Origin: Aestuariivirga sp.
Lineage (GTDB): Bacteria > Pseudomonadota > Alphaproteobacteria > Rhizobiales > Aestuariivirgaceae
Direction: 5' to 3'
Length of the DNA: 47,847 nucleotides
NCBI GenBank assembly: GCA_041739715.1
Contig: JBGSNJ010000097.1
Location: 1-47,847, forward strand
Shown: positions 1 through 7,952 of the stretch, piece by piece
How the letters are laid out: every line of letters starts with the position of its first letter
Position numbering within the stretch: the first letter of the stretch is position 1
The notes under the pieces: generated by a model
Database searches by the model: none
What the model was told of the DNA's origin: nothing
Seen by the model: only the letters and a program-made list of their open reading frames with translations
Position numbers and translations under genes: made by a program

Positions 1-48
1 ACGGCAAAGTCTTCACGCTGCCACGGATCACTCGCTCACGGAGGATGG

Positions 49-1128
49 ATGAGCCAGCTGCTGACGACCCTGCGCGAGAATCGCCTTCTCTGGCTTCTCG
101 TTTTCGTGCCGGTTGTCCTGGTGGGCGAGCACCTGCTGGCAGAGTCGCAGACGCTGGTCTTCCTGCTGTCGATTCTGGCCATTGTTCCACTCGCCATGAT
201 ACTGAGCCTCGCCACGGAGCAGGTTGCGGCCCGAACCGGCGATGCCGTGGGCGGGCTGCTCAACGCGACGCTGGGAAACCTCACCGAACTGATCATTGCC
301 ATTTCCGCCCTGAAGGCGGGCGAGTATCTCCTCGTCAAGGCATCGCTGGTCGGCGCCATCGTCACCAACATGCTGTTCATGACGGGCGCGGCCTTCTTCC
401 TGGGCGGATTGAAGTATCACGAGCAGCGCTTCAGCCTCAGCAATACGCGGCTCGAAGTGGCCATGCTGTTCCTGGCGGCATTCGCACTGCTGGTACCTTC
501 GGCCATCACCGCCGGCGAAGGGCAGGCGATGCCGCAGGCCCTCAGCACGGGCATCGCCATCATGCTCATCGTCACCTATGCGCTTGGCCTCTATTTCACG
601 CTCTACACCCACAAGGCCCAGTACAGCGGCGTGGCCCATGGCGCAGTGGCCGAAGATGCCTGGCCGCTGCGGCTGGCGCTCATCGTGCTCGGGATCACCA
701 CGGTCTTCGTGGCGCTGGTCAGCGAGATATTCGTCGGTACGCTGCAGGCCGCCTCGACGAAGCTGGGCCTGTCACCGGCCTTCGTGGGCTTCGTGGTGGT
801 GGCCCTGGTCGGTGCTGCAGCGGAGATGATGACCGCCTTTGCGGCCGCGCGGCAGGACCGGCTTGATCTCAGCATCAGCATCTCCTTCGGCAGCGCCACC
901 CAGATCGCACTTTTCGTTGCGCCCGTGCTGGTGCTGCTCAGTTATGCGGTCGGCCCCCAGCCCATGTCGCTCGAGTTTTGGCCGGGCGCGGTCATCATGA
1001 TCTTCATCGCCACCTTCACCGCGGCACTGGTCACCGGCGGCGGCCGATCCGCCTGGTATCTGGGCGTCCTGATGCTGATGGTCTATGCCATCTTCGCACT
1101 CACGATGTTCCTGATGCCGCCGCGCTGA
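49..1128 (+). CDS. chaA: Ca2+/H+ antiporter (CaCA family, ChaA/Cax type)
   Basis: 359 aa polytopic membrane protein; alpha-1 motif GGLLNATLGNLTE and alpha-2 motif GAAAE...FGSATQIALFVAP; GGAGG RBS upstream. Confidence 0.9.
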   Translation: MSQLLTTLRENRLLWLLVFVPVVLVGEHLLAESQTLVFLLSILAIVPLAMILSLATEQVAARTGDAVGGLLNATLGNLTELIIAISALKAGEYLLVKASLVGAIVTNMLFMTGAAFFLGGLKYHEQRFSLSNTRLEVAMLFLAAFALLVPSAITAGEGQAMPQALSTGIAIMLIVTYALGLYFTLYTHKAQYSGVAHGAVAEDAWPLRLALIVLGITTVFVALVSEIFVGTLQAASTKLGLSPAFVGFVVVALVGAAAEMMTAFAAARQDRLDLSISISFGSATQIALFVAPVLVLLSYAVGPQPMSLEFWPGAVIMIFIATFTAALVTGGGRSAWYLGVLMLMVYAIFALTMFLMPPR

Positions 1129-1134
1129 ACCGTC

Positions 1135-1794
1135 ATGTCCAGTCCAGCGGAGAACGGCAAGCGTGTGCTCGAACCGATCGAGCGCCTGTCCGAGATCCTG
1201 TTCGGACTGATCATGGTGCTGACCTTCACCGGTTCGCTGAGCGTTGCGACGGCCGATCATGTCGAGGTCAGGGAAATGCTGATCGGCGCGCTGGGCTGCA
1301 ATATCGCCTGGGGACTTATCGATGCCATCATGTATCTGATGGCGGCTCTCAGCGAACGGGCGAGAGACCATCGCGCCGTCTCGGCGATCCGCGCCGCCGG
1401 CTCGGATGCGGCCGCCTATGCCGTCATCAGGGATCATCTCCCCGCCCTGGCGGCTGAAGCCCTGCGCAGCGAGGACCTCGACCGGATTCGCAAGGCCGCC
1501 TTCGATCTCGGAGATCTTCCGCCGCGGCCGCGGCTGCGGGCCGAAGACTGGCGCGGCGCGCTGGGAGTCTTCCTTCTCGTCTTCGTCTCGACCCTGCCGG
1601 TGGTCGTGCCCTTCATGTTCATGACCGAAATCGGCCCGGCCATGCGGGCGTCGAACGCCATTGCCATCGCAATGCTGGCCGTGATCGGCCACGCCTATGG
1701 ACGGCTGGCCGGCCTGTGGCCCATGGGCATGGCCGCCGCCATGGTCGTCCTCGGAGTCGTCCTTGTGGCAATCACCATCGCGCTGGGCGGGTGA
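1135..1794 (+). CDS. VIT1/CCC1 family membrane protein
   Basis: 219 aa; SEILFGLIMVL...GCNIAWGLIDA N-terminal helices plus C-terminal TM cluster; 6 bp after the antiporter. Confidence 0.65.
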   Translation: MSSPAENGKRVLEPIERLSEILFGLIMVLTFTGSLSVATADHVEVREMLIGALGCNIAWGLIDAIMYLMAALSERARDHRAVSAIRAAGSDAAAYAVIRDHLPALAAEALRSEDLDRIRKAAFDLGDLPPRPRLRAEDWRGALGVFLLVFVSTLPVVVPFMFMTEIGPAMRASNAIAIAMLAVIGHAYGRLAGLWPMGMAAAMVVLGVVLVAITIALGG

Positions 1795-1812
1795 CGGGCG
1801 CGACCGTCCAGC

Positions 1813-2439
1813 CTACTGCGACCGCTTCGGCGCGAAGGCCTGAACCATCTGCTTGGCCTGCGTCACCTGCTCGGGCGTCATGGTCTTTGCGAGTTCCTTG
1901 ACATAACCGACCGCATTGTCGAAGCCGGGCTCGGTCGACGCCAGTTCCAGCCACATGTAGGCGGCGATCGGATCCGGCTTCACGCCGCGGCCCTTCCAAT
2001 AGCCGATGCCCACCTCGTACTGTGCCTGGGGCTCGCCCTGATTGGCTGCCATGAGAAGCCAGTTCATGCCGGCAGCCTCATCCTGCTTGACCACGTCCTT
2101 GCCCTTGAGCAGCCACCAGCCCAGCTTGAGCTGCGCCTCGGCAAGCCCGGCCTTGGCGGCCTCGCCCCACCAGAGAATGGCCTGGGCATTGTCCTGTTCC
2201 ACGCCGTTGCGGTTCTCGCCCTTCTGGCCCCAGCTGCGCGGCCCGTACATCTCGCCGATGAGGTAGGCTGCTTCGGCGTCGCCCTGCTTGGCAAAGGGCA
2301 TGAGCAGGGTGAGCGCGGTGCCATAGTCCTCGTTCTTGAAGGCCAGCATCCCGTCCTGATAGGCGTCGGCCCAAGCCGCGCCATTGGCGGAAAGCAGGAT
2401 CATCAGGCTGGCGCAACCGGCCAGGAGGCGTGATTTCAT
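1813..2439 (-). CDS. Secreted Sel1-repeat protein
   Basis: Signal peptide ending AWA; Sel1 repeats A-x-QGDAEA, AAKAGLAEAQ, AANQGEPQAQYEVG...GRGV. Confidence 0.9.
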   Translation of the reverse strand: MKSRLLAGCASLMILLSANGAAWADAYQDGMLAFKNEDYGTALTLLMPFAKQGDAEAAYLIGEMYGPRSWGQKGENRNGVEQDNAQAILWWGEAAKAGLAEAQLKLGWWLLKGKDVVKQDEAAGMNWLLMAANQGEPQAQYEVGIGYWKGRGVKPDPIAAYMWLELASTEPGFDNAVGYVKELAKTMTPEQVTQAKQMVQAFAPKRSQ

Positions 2440-2654
2440 CGTCGGGTCCTCGCAACTAGCTTACTTCGATGTCTGCCTAGCCCTTTGCCGGCGATTTTGC
2501 AAACACGGCCGTTCACGGCTCGGATGACGCCGCTTCAACGGGTTGTGAGGGCCAAAACGCGCTCGTGACTGGCGAGCGATCAAGGCTTTCGCCAAGGTCG
2601 GTCTTGCGGACACGGTGTTCGCAAACCAACCAACGACCAAGGGAGACACCTCAG

Positions 2655-2909
2655 ATGAAGCATATTGGAAAGTCGGGAGCCCTGCTCGCCGCCGCCGCCT
2701 TCTCGTTCGCCGTAAGCGGAGCGACCATCGCTCCGGTGCAGGCTGACGAGGCGAAGGTGCATTGCGTCGGCGTCAACTCCTGCAAGGGCCAGTCTGAGTG
2801 CAAGACCGCCAGCTCGTCGTGCAAGGGCCAGAACGGCTGCAAGGGCCAGGGCTTCCTCAGCATGACCAAGGCCGACTGCGAGACCGCGGGCGGCAAGGTC
2901 GAGAGCTGA
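2655..2909 (+). CDS. bufA2: Bufferin family II-like RiPP precursor (signal peptide plus 6-Cys core)
   Basis: ATG 2655 after GGGAG; 84 aa; signal ends VQA; core HCVGVNSCKGQSECKTASSSCKGQNGCKGQGF...C; directly upstream of DUF692. Confidence 0.85.
   Translation: MKHIGKSGALLAAAAFSFAVSGATIAPVQADEAKVHCVGVNSCKGQSECKTASSSCKGQNGCKGQGFLSMTKADCETAGGKVES
2781..2849 (+). repeat. Three exact 12-bp copies of TGCAAGGGCCAG encoding CKGQ in the precursor
   Basis: Copies start at 2781, 2820 and 2838; degenerate copy (TGCAAGACCGCC, CKTA) at 2799. Confidence 0.9.
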
Positions 2910-2920
2910 TCGAACAAGGT

Positions 2921-2947
2921 GCGCCGCGGGAACCGGACCCGCGGCGC
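2921..2947 (+). terminator. GC-rich stem-loop between precursor and MNIO gene (mRNA stabiliser or attenuator)
   Basis: GCGCCGCGGG-aaccgga-CCCGCGGCGC perfect 10-bp stem; no U-tract. Confidence 0.6.
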
Positions 2948-2958
2948 TCCACCCGCGG

Positions 2959-3807
2959 ATGACCCATCACACTCTGCCATATCTCGGCTTCGGGCTAGGC
3001 CTACGGCCACAGCATTACCGCGAGATTCTGGAAACCGCCCCGCATGTGGACTGGTTCGAGGTGATTTCGGAGAACTACCTGGTGCCGGGCGGCCAGCCCC
3101 TGCGGATGCTTGACCGCATCGCCGAGCGCTATCCGCTGGTGATGCATGGCGTGTCGCTGTCGATCGCGTCGACGGCGGACCTCGACATGGATTATCTGGC
3201 ACAGTTGAAGGAACTTGCGCGCCGCATAGAACCGCGCTGGATATCCGACCATCTCTGCTGGACCGGCGTTCATGGCGTGAACCTTCACGATCTCCTGCCG
3301 GTGCCCTATACGGAGGAGGCGCTGGCCCATGTATCGGACCGCATCGCGCGGGTGCAGGATTACCTCGGCCGCCGCCTCGTCATCGAGAACGTCTCAAGCT
3401 ACATCACATATGAGTGCTCTGAAATGAGCGAATGGGATTTTGTCGCCGAGCTGGCACGGCGGGCGGACTGCCTGCTCCTGCTCGACGTCAACAATGTCTT
3501 CGTGTCGGGCATGAATCACGACTTCGATCAACGCGCCTTCATCGAATCCATTCCGGTCGACCGCGTCGTCCAGTTCCATCTGGCGGGCCACAGCGAGGGC
3601 GAGACCTGCCTGATCGACACGCATGATCAACCGGTCTGCGAGGAAGTCTGGACGCTCTATGGCAAGGCTCTTGAGCGGTTCGGGGCCGTCTCGACCATGA
3701 TCGAGCGCGACGACAACATTCCGCCGCTTGCCGATCTGGTGGCCGAACTCGACACGGCAAGAGCCATTGCCGCTCAGGCGCTGCGCCCCTTGGAGCGCGT
3801 GTCATGA
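2959..3807 (+). CDS. bufB2: Multinuclear non-heme iron oxidative enzyme (MNIO, DUF692), BufB type
   Basis: GLGLR, EVISENY, HGVSLS, SDHLCW, ENVSSY, DVNNV, HLAGH, DTH and ERD motifs. Confidence 0.92.
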   Translation: MTHHTLPYLGFGLGLRPQHYREILETAPHVDWFEVISENYLVPGGQPLRMLDRIAERYPLVMHGVSLSIASTADLDMDYLAQLKELARRIEPRWISDHLCWTGVHGVNLHDLLPVPYTEEALAHVSDRIARVQDYLGRRLVIENVSSYITYECSEMSEWDFVAELARRADCLLLLDVNNVFVSGMNHDFDQRAFIESIPVDRVVQFHLAGHSEGETCLIDTHDQPVCEEVWTLYGKALERFGAVSTMIERDDNIPPLADLVAELDTARAIAAQALRPLERVS

Positions 3808-4589
3808 GCAGCCTGTCGAACCTCCAGTCAAGGCTGCAGGCTGACATTCTGGGCGAGGGCCGCGATGCCGAAGACCTCATTGCACCGGCGCCGCACGGCA
3901 GCCGGGCAAGCCGCCTGGATGTCTATCGCCGTGCCTATGTGCTGCGGCTCACCGAATTCCTCAGCAACGACTACGAGAAGCTGCGAATCTATCTGGGCGA
4001 GACGCGCTTCAACCGGATGGCGCGGGACTATGCTGCAGCTCATCCCTCCGATACGCCCAATGCCCGCTGGTTCTCGCGCCATCTGCCGGCCTTCCTGGGG
4101 AAGTCGAAGGCATTCCTGCCACATCCGGAAGTGGGCGAACTGGCCATGCTGGAACAGGCGTTGAATGATGTCTTCGACGGCCCGGAAGCGGCGCCGACAA
4201 CACTGGCGGATCTCGCGGCCATCGATCCCACGGCCTTCGGTGACGTGCGCTTTGCGCTCGTCCCGGCCTGCATGACGGTCGAGGCCCGCAGCAACGCCAC
4301 CAGCATCTGGTCGGCCATCCGTTGCGGCGAGACGCCACCGGCGGCGGAACCGCTCGACATGCCCCAGCACATTCTCGTCTGGCGTCAGGCGGGCAGCTCT
4401 CGCTTCCGCATCCTTGGCGAAGAAGAATTCATGGCGCTCAGCTGCGTGGCCGAAGGTCTCGACTTTGCCACCATCTGCGAAATGCTCGCCGCATATGATG
4501 ATCCCGAAACCGCTGCCATGAGGGCCGCGAACTATCTTCGGGGATGGATCGAGGCGGAGATCCTGGTCAGGACCCCCGCCGCAAGTTGA
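3804..4589 (+). CDS. bufC2: DUF2063 MNIO partner protein, BufC type
   Basis: ATGA overlap with DUF692; RLDVYRRAY..RL..L..DY...LG...F N-terminal signature. Confidence 0.85.
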   Translation: MSSLSNLQSRLQADILGEGRDAEDLIAPAPHGSRASRLDVYRRAYVLRLTEFLSNDYEKLRIYLGETRFNRMARDYAAAHPSDTPNARWFSRHLPAFLGKSKAFLPHPEVGELAMLEQALNDVFDGPEAAPTTLADLAAIDPTAFGDVRFALVPACMTVEARSNATSIWSAIRCGETPPAAEPLDMPQHILVWRQAGSSRFRILGEEEFMALSCVAEGLDFATICEMLAAYDDPETAAMRAANYLRGWIEAEILVRTPAAS

Positions 4590-4600
4590 CGGTCATCGCA

Positions 4601-5035
4601 TCAGCGGCGGCTGACCAGGTGATCGACCGAAAACACGCCGGGCCCCCACTTGATCAGCATCAGCAGGATCGTTGCCCAGGTGCCGTGTACCACATAGGCG
4701 TTGGGATAGACGAAGATCTGGATGACCAACGTCATCATCAGCAGGCCGACGGCGGCGTAGCGCGTGGCCAGCCCGATGAAGAGGAGGATCGGCAGCGTGT
4801 TTTCGGCAACCTGCGCCATGAGCGCCGCCACCTCGGGCGGAAGCAGGGGCACCTTGTAGTCGTTCTGGAAGAGGTAGAGCGTCGTCTCGCTGACATCGAA
4901 GATGTTCCAGCCCTGCACCTTGGTGCGGCCCGAATTCCAGAACACCAGTCCGATCGCAAGCCGCCCGAGCAGGGCGATGAAGGACTGGGGAATACGGCTG
5001 AAGAGGCCATCGAGGCCGTAGAGCAGGCGGATCAT
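4601..5035 (-). CDS. bufD: DoxX family membrane protein, BufD type
   Basis: ATG 5035 after AGGAG; 144 aa; R..IG.VFW.SG..K, F..DY.VP, E..LP.LL.IGL.TR, GPG.FS.D motifs. Confidence 0.88.
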   Translation of the reverse strand: MIRLLYGLDGLFSRIPQSFIALLGRLAIGLVFWNSGRTKVQGWNIFDVSETTLYLFQNDYKVPLLPPEVAALMAQVAENTLPILLFIGLATRYAAVGLLMMTLVIQIFVYPNAYVVHGTWATILLMLIKWGPGVFSVDHLVSRR

Positions 5036-5718
5036 GTGGAGACTCCTGTGATGATGCGCAGGGCCAAGAGTCCCTGAAGCGATTGGGTGAGGTTGAAATC
5101 TGCATATGTGCCGGAGGTGGTCTCGACCGCCTCGGCCAGCGTGTTGCCATGGCACAGTCTGGCGAGAAGCGCGAAGGGCGCGGGCCCCATCAGGTGCAGC
5201 GTCACGTCCGCTTCGGGCCTGGCGACGACGAGGTTTTGTGGGCCGAACGCTCCGTCCTGACCCTGCCAGAGTGAGCCGACGGCATGAGGGGAAGACATGA
5301 GGCCAAGGGAGGGGAGGAAGGCGAACCGCGCCCGGCCCCAGCTCTCGGGCGGGATCTCGGAGAGCTTCTCCGGCGGCAGCGGGCTCGCATCGGCCGCGTG
5401 ATAGGCCTGCCACCACAGGCTTTCGAGTCGGGCGAGATCGGCCGCACGGGCGTCATGAAACACCGCGGCGAGATGGTCGGGGAAACTGGCGCCATAATCG
5501 ATGAGCACCGGCGATGCGGGGCGTTGTGTCTCGGCATAGGATCCTGCACAGGCGGCAAAGGCCTCGCGCCCCAGAAGCCGCTCGGTAACCGGATAACGCA
5601 CGCGCAACGCATTGATCAGCGCCGACGTCACGTTGTTGCGGTAGATGCGGAAGCGCGGATCGGCCGGCACGAGAGACCAGTCGCCGATGGCTGCCGCGAA
5701 CTCGCCCTGGCCGATCAT
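5032..5718 (-). CDS. bufC1: DUF2063 MNIO partner protein, BufC type
   Basis: ATGA overlaps with both neighbours; RFRIYRNNV...L...YP....LLG...F, P.SP.L..YG..F, DLARLE motifs. Confidence 0.85.
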   Translation of the reverse strand: MIGQGEFAAAIGDWSLVPADPRFRIYRNNVTSALINALRVRYPVTERLLGREAFAACAGSYAETQRPASPVLIDYGASFPDHLAAVFHDARAADLARLESLWWQAYHAADASPLPPEKLSEIPPESWGRARFAFLPSLGLMSSPHAVGSLWQGQDGAFGPQNLVVARPEADVTLHLMGPAPFALLARLCHGNTLAEAVETTSGTYADFNLTQSLQGLLALRIITGVST

Positions 5719-6569
5719 GCTGCGGCCCGCGAGGAGCTGCGCATGATGCGCTCGGCCTGACCGGCCTCGGCGACCAGCTCGGCAAGCGGCGGGAAATTGG
5801 CGTCGCGTTCGATCAGTGTCGGGAGCGGACCGGTCTTGCCGATGACGGCGGCGTAGAGTTGCCACACGTCGTCTACCACCGGCGCCGCATGCGAGTCGAT
5901 CAGCACCGCACCACCGTTCTCCGCGATGACGTCATGTCCGGCAAGATGGATTTCCTGAACATGCGACAAGGGGTAGGCTGCGAGATAATCCATCGCACCG
6001 GTCGCGAGATTGCGGGCCGAGACGAAGACATTGTTGACGTCGAGCAGCAGGCCGCAGCCAGTGCGCCGGACGACTTCCGCAATGAACCCGGCCTCGTCGA
6101 AGCTGCTCTCTGCGAAGCGCAGGTAGCTGGAGGGGTTCTCCAGAAGCATCTGGCGGCCGAGAACCGACTGTGTCTCGTCAATGTGATCGCAGACCGCCTG
6201 AAGCGTCGCCGCCGTGTAAGGAAGCGGAAGAAGGTCGCTGAGATAGCCAGTCTCATGGGTGGACCAGGCGAGATGTTCCGAGAAGAGGCCTGGCTGATAG
6301 CGATCGATCAGGGCCTTGAGGCGCATCAGATGATCGGCGTCCAGCCGGCCCGGACCCCCGATCGACAGGCCCACGCCATGCAGGGAAAGGGGGTAGAGGT
6401 CGCGAATGGCGGAAAGATAGCGGTGCGGCGGGCCGCCGGCGCCCATGTAGTTTTCGGCATGGATCTCGAAGAAGCCGAGATCCGGCGGTTCAGCCAGCAC
6501 CGACTTGTAGTGTTCGGCCTTCAGTCCGACGCCGCCGCGCGCAGGGATGTCTGGAGCTGGTGTTGACAT
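5715..6569 (-). CDS. bufB1: MNIO (DUF692), BufB type
   Basis: GVGLK, EIHAENYM, HGVGLS, SEHLAW, ENPSSY, DVNNV, HLAGH, DSH and ERD motifs; start placed at ATG 6569. Confidence 0.92.
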   Translation of the reverse strand: MSTPAPDIPARGGVGLKAEHYKSVLAEPPDLGFFEIHAENYMGAGGPPHRYLSAIRDLYPLSLHGVGLSIGGPGRLDADHLMRLKALIDRYQPGLFSEHLAWSTHETGYLSDLLPLPYTAATLQAVCDHIDETQSVLGRQMLLENPSSYLRFAESSFDEAGFIAEVVRRTGCGLLLDVNNVFVSARNLATGAMDYLAAYPLSHVQEIHLAGHDVIAENGGAVLIDSHAAPVVDDVWQLYAAVIGKTGPLPTLIERDANFPPLAELVAEAGQAERIMRSSSRAAA

Positions 6570-6576
6570 GGAATTC

Positions 6577-6600
6577 GGGGCGCGGAATGACCCGCGCCCC
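6577..6600 (-). terminator. GC-rich stem-loop between DUF2282 precursor and MNIO gene
   Basis: GGGGCGCGG-aatgac-CCGCGCCCC perfect 9-bp stem; no U-tract. Confidence 0.6.
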
Positions 6601-6609
6601 AGGTGGCGA

Positions 6610-6900
6610 TCAGGCCGGCCGCTTGATGGGTTCGAGCGAGCCGGGGCCGAGCGGCGTCTCGGTCGTCGCGCAGGTGCCCTTGGGAACCAGCTTCCAGGCA
6701 TTGCCCTGATAGTCGGTCGTCGAGGTTCCGGCACAGGTCGTGCCTTCGCCGGCCGCGCAGTCATTCTGGCCCTTGAGCGCAATTCCGTAGCACTTTTCCA
6801 TGTCGGCGGCCTGGGCGGCCGCGGTCATGGCGGTCCCGGCAATGGCGGCTGTCATGGCTCCGGCGATGGCGAGCATGGTGTTGCGGCGAGAGGTGTTCAT
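6610..6900 (-). CDS. bufA1: Bufferin family I-like RiPP precursor (DUF2282, 4 Cys)
   Basis: ATG 6900 after GGAG; Ala-rich signal ending AQA; [41 protein letters not shown]. Confidence 0.92.
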   Translation of the reverse strand: MNTSRRNTMLAIAGAMTAAIAGTAMTAAAQAADMEKCYGIALKGQNDCAAGEGTTCAGTSTTDYQGNAWKLVPKGTCATTETPLGPGSLEPIKRPA

Positions 6901-7047
6901 GGGCGTCTCCTGTGTTGAATTCAGCATGCGTAGCATTGCAGAGTCGAAGGTCAAGAGGAAATCAACTGACTGTAAACAAAGCACTTCGTCGATATCACCA
7001 ATATGTGCAGTTCTCGTTACCCGAAAGGCATTCGCAACTGCAGCATG

Positions 7048-7821
7048 TCAGTCGACCGATCGCAACAGAAGCTTGTCAAAGTCCCCGACCTGAATGAACC
7101 CGAGGCGTGGAAATTCGAGGTCAACGATCACATAAAGTGTGATGGTCAGGATTGCCGCGAAGCCAACCATGTGAAACCAGTTTCGCGACCGTGCTGCGGC
7201 CATGCCGTGACCTGCGATGGTTGCACAGATCAGCGCCAAGGCGAAGAGCAGCACATAGATGATTGCGGGCGGATGCGAGACCGTCGCCATTGCCCGCGTC
7301 GTGGTGATGTCGATCATCTGGTTCAGGGCCGGCAGCAGGAGCATGTTGAGATTCGGGGGTGCATCCGGCATTTTTCCTGACGCAATCGCGAGCGACCAGA
7401 TTTCCTTCTGAATCTCTTCCGATGCCTCCAGTCCGGCCTTGAAGTCCTCGAAGTCAATGCCCTTGCGGTAAGCGTTCACGCGCGAGTCGACATAGCGCCG
7501 GAAGGCGTCCCGCAGAGCAGGCTGCGCTGCCTGGGGAGCCAAGTCGATGCGAAGGTAAGCGGTGCCGATGTCATTGGCCTCCGCGACGATCATGTCCCGG
7601 CGATGGTCGAAGCGCGCCGCAGCGCTGGAGAAGGCAAAGGCCAGGAGCAAACCGAAGAGCGCAAAAATGGCGGCATCCACCGCAGCCGTACCGGGCAAGG
7701 GTCCGCCCACGCCCTGCTGACGCCAGCTTGCGATCCGCCGCCCAAGTTCGGCGGCAAGGACAATGGCCAGGAACAATCCCATGAAGAGCGGCAAGGCATA
7801 GTTGATGAGCTGCGTAACCAC
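7048..7821 (-). CDS. DUF4239 / bestrophin-like membrane protein
   Basis: GTG start after GGAG; GLLLAFAFS...RFD.RR....EANDIGTAYLR and DLEFPR.G.I motifs. Confidence 0.75.
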   Translation of the reverse strand: MVTQLINYALPLFMGLFLAIVLAAELGRRIASWRQQGVGGPLPGTAAVDAAIFALFGLLLAFAFSSAAARFDHRRDMIVAEANDIGTAYLRIDLAPQAAQPALRDAFRRYVDSRVNAYRKGIDFEDFKAGLEASEEIQKEIWSLAIASGKMPDAPPNLNMLLLPALNQMIDITTTRAMATVSHPPAIIYVLLFALALICATIAGHGMAAARSRNWFHMVGFAAILTITLYVIVDLEFPRLGFIQVGDFDKLLLRSVD

Positions 7822-7952
7822 GGGTCTGCTCCAGTCGCCCAGGATTCATAATCGATTCCATGATGCGATGCACCAGAAGGATGTCCTGGCCCCCTCGCCA
7901 AGCGCGGTCAGGAAGCGTTACTATGTTTCATGACCACCTGCCCGGAGCAATC

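Noticed and set aside
2565-2654. Upstream extensions in the ORF track (2565, 5416, 5865, 6782, 6984, 9794, 10839, 16926, 30226, 38557, 42763, 45370)
   Set aside because: They overlap neighbouring genes or lack an RBS; downstream starts with an RBS or stop-start coupling fit better
2781-2849. Short direct repeats as a CRISPR or VNTR array
   Set aside because: 12-bp in-frame coding repeats; no spacers or cas genes
6985-7020. GTAACG...CGAA on the minus strand upstream of bufA1 as a SigF-type promoter
   Set aside because: Spacer is 26 nt, not about 16 nt
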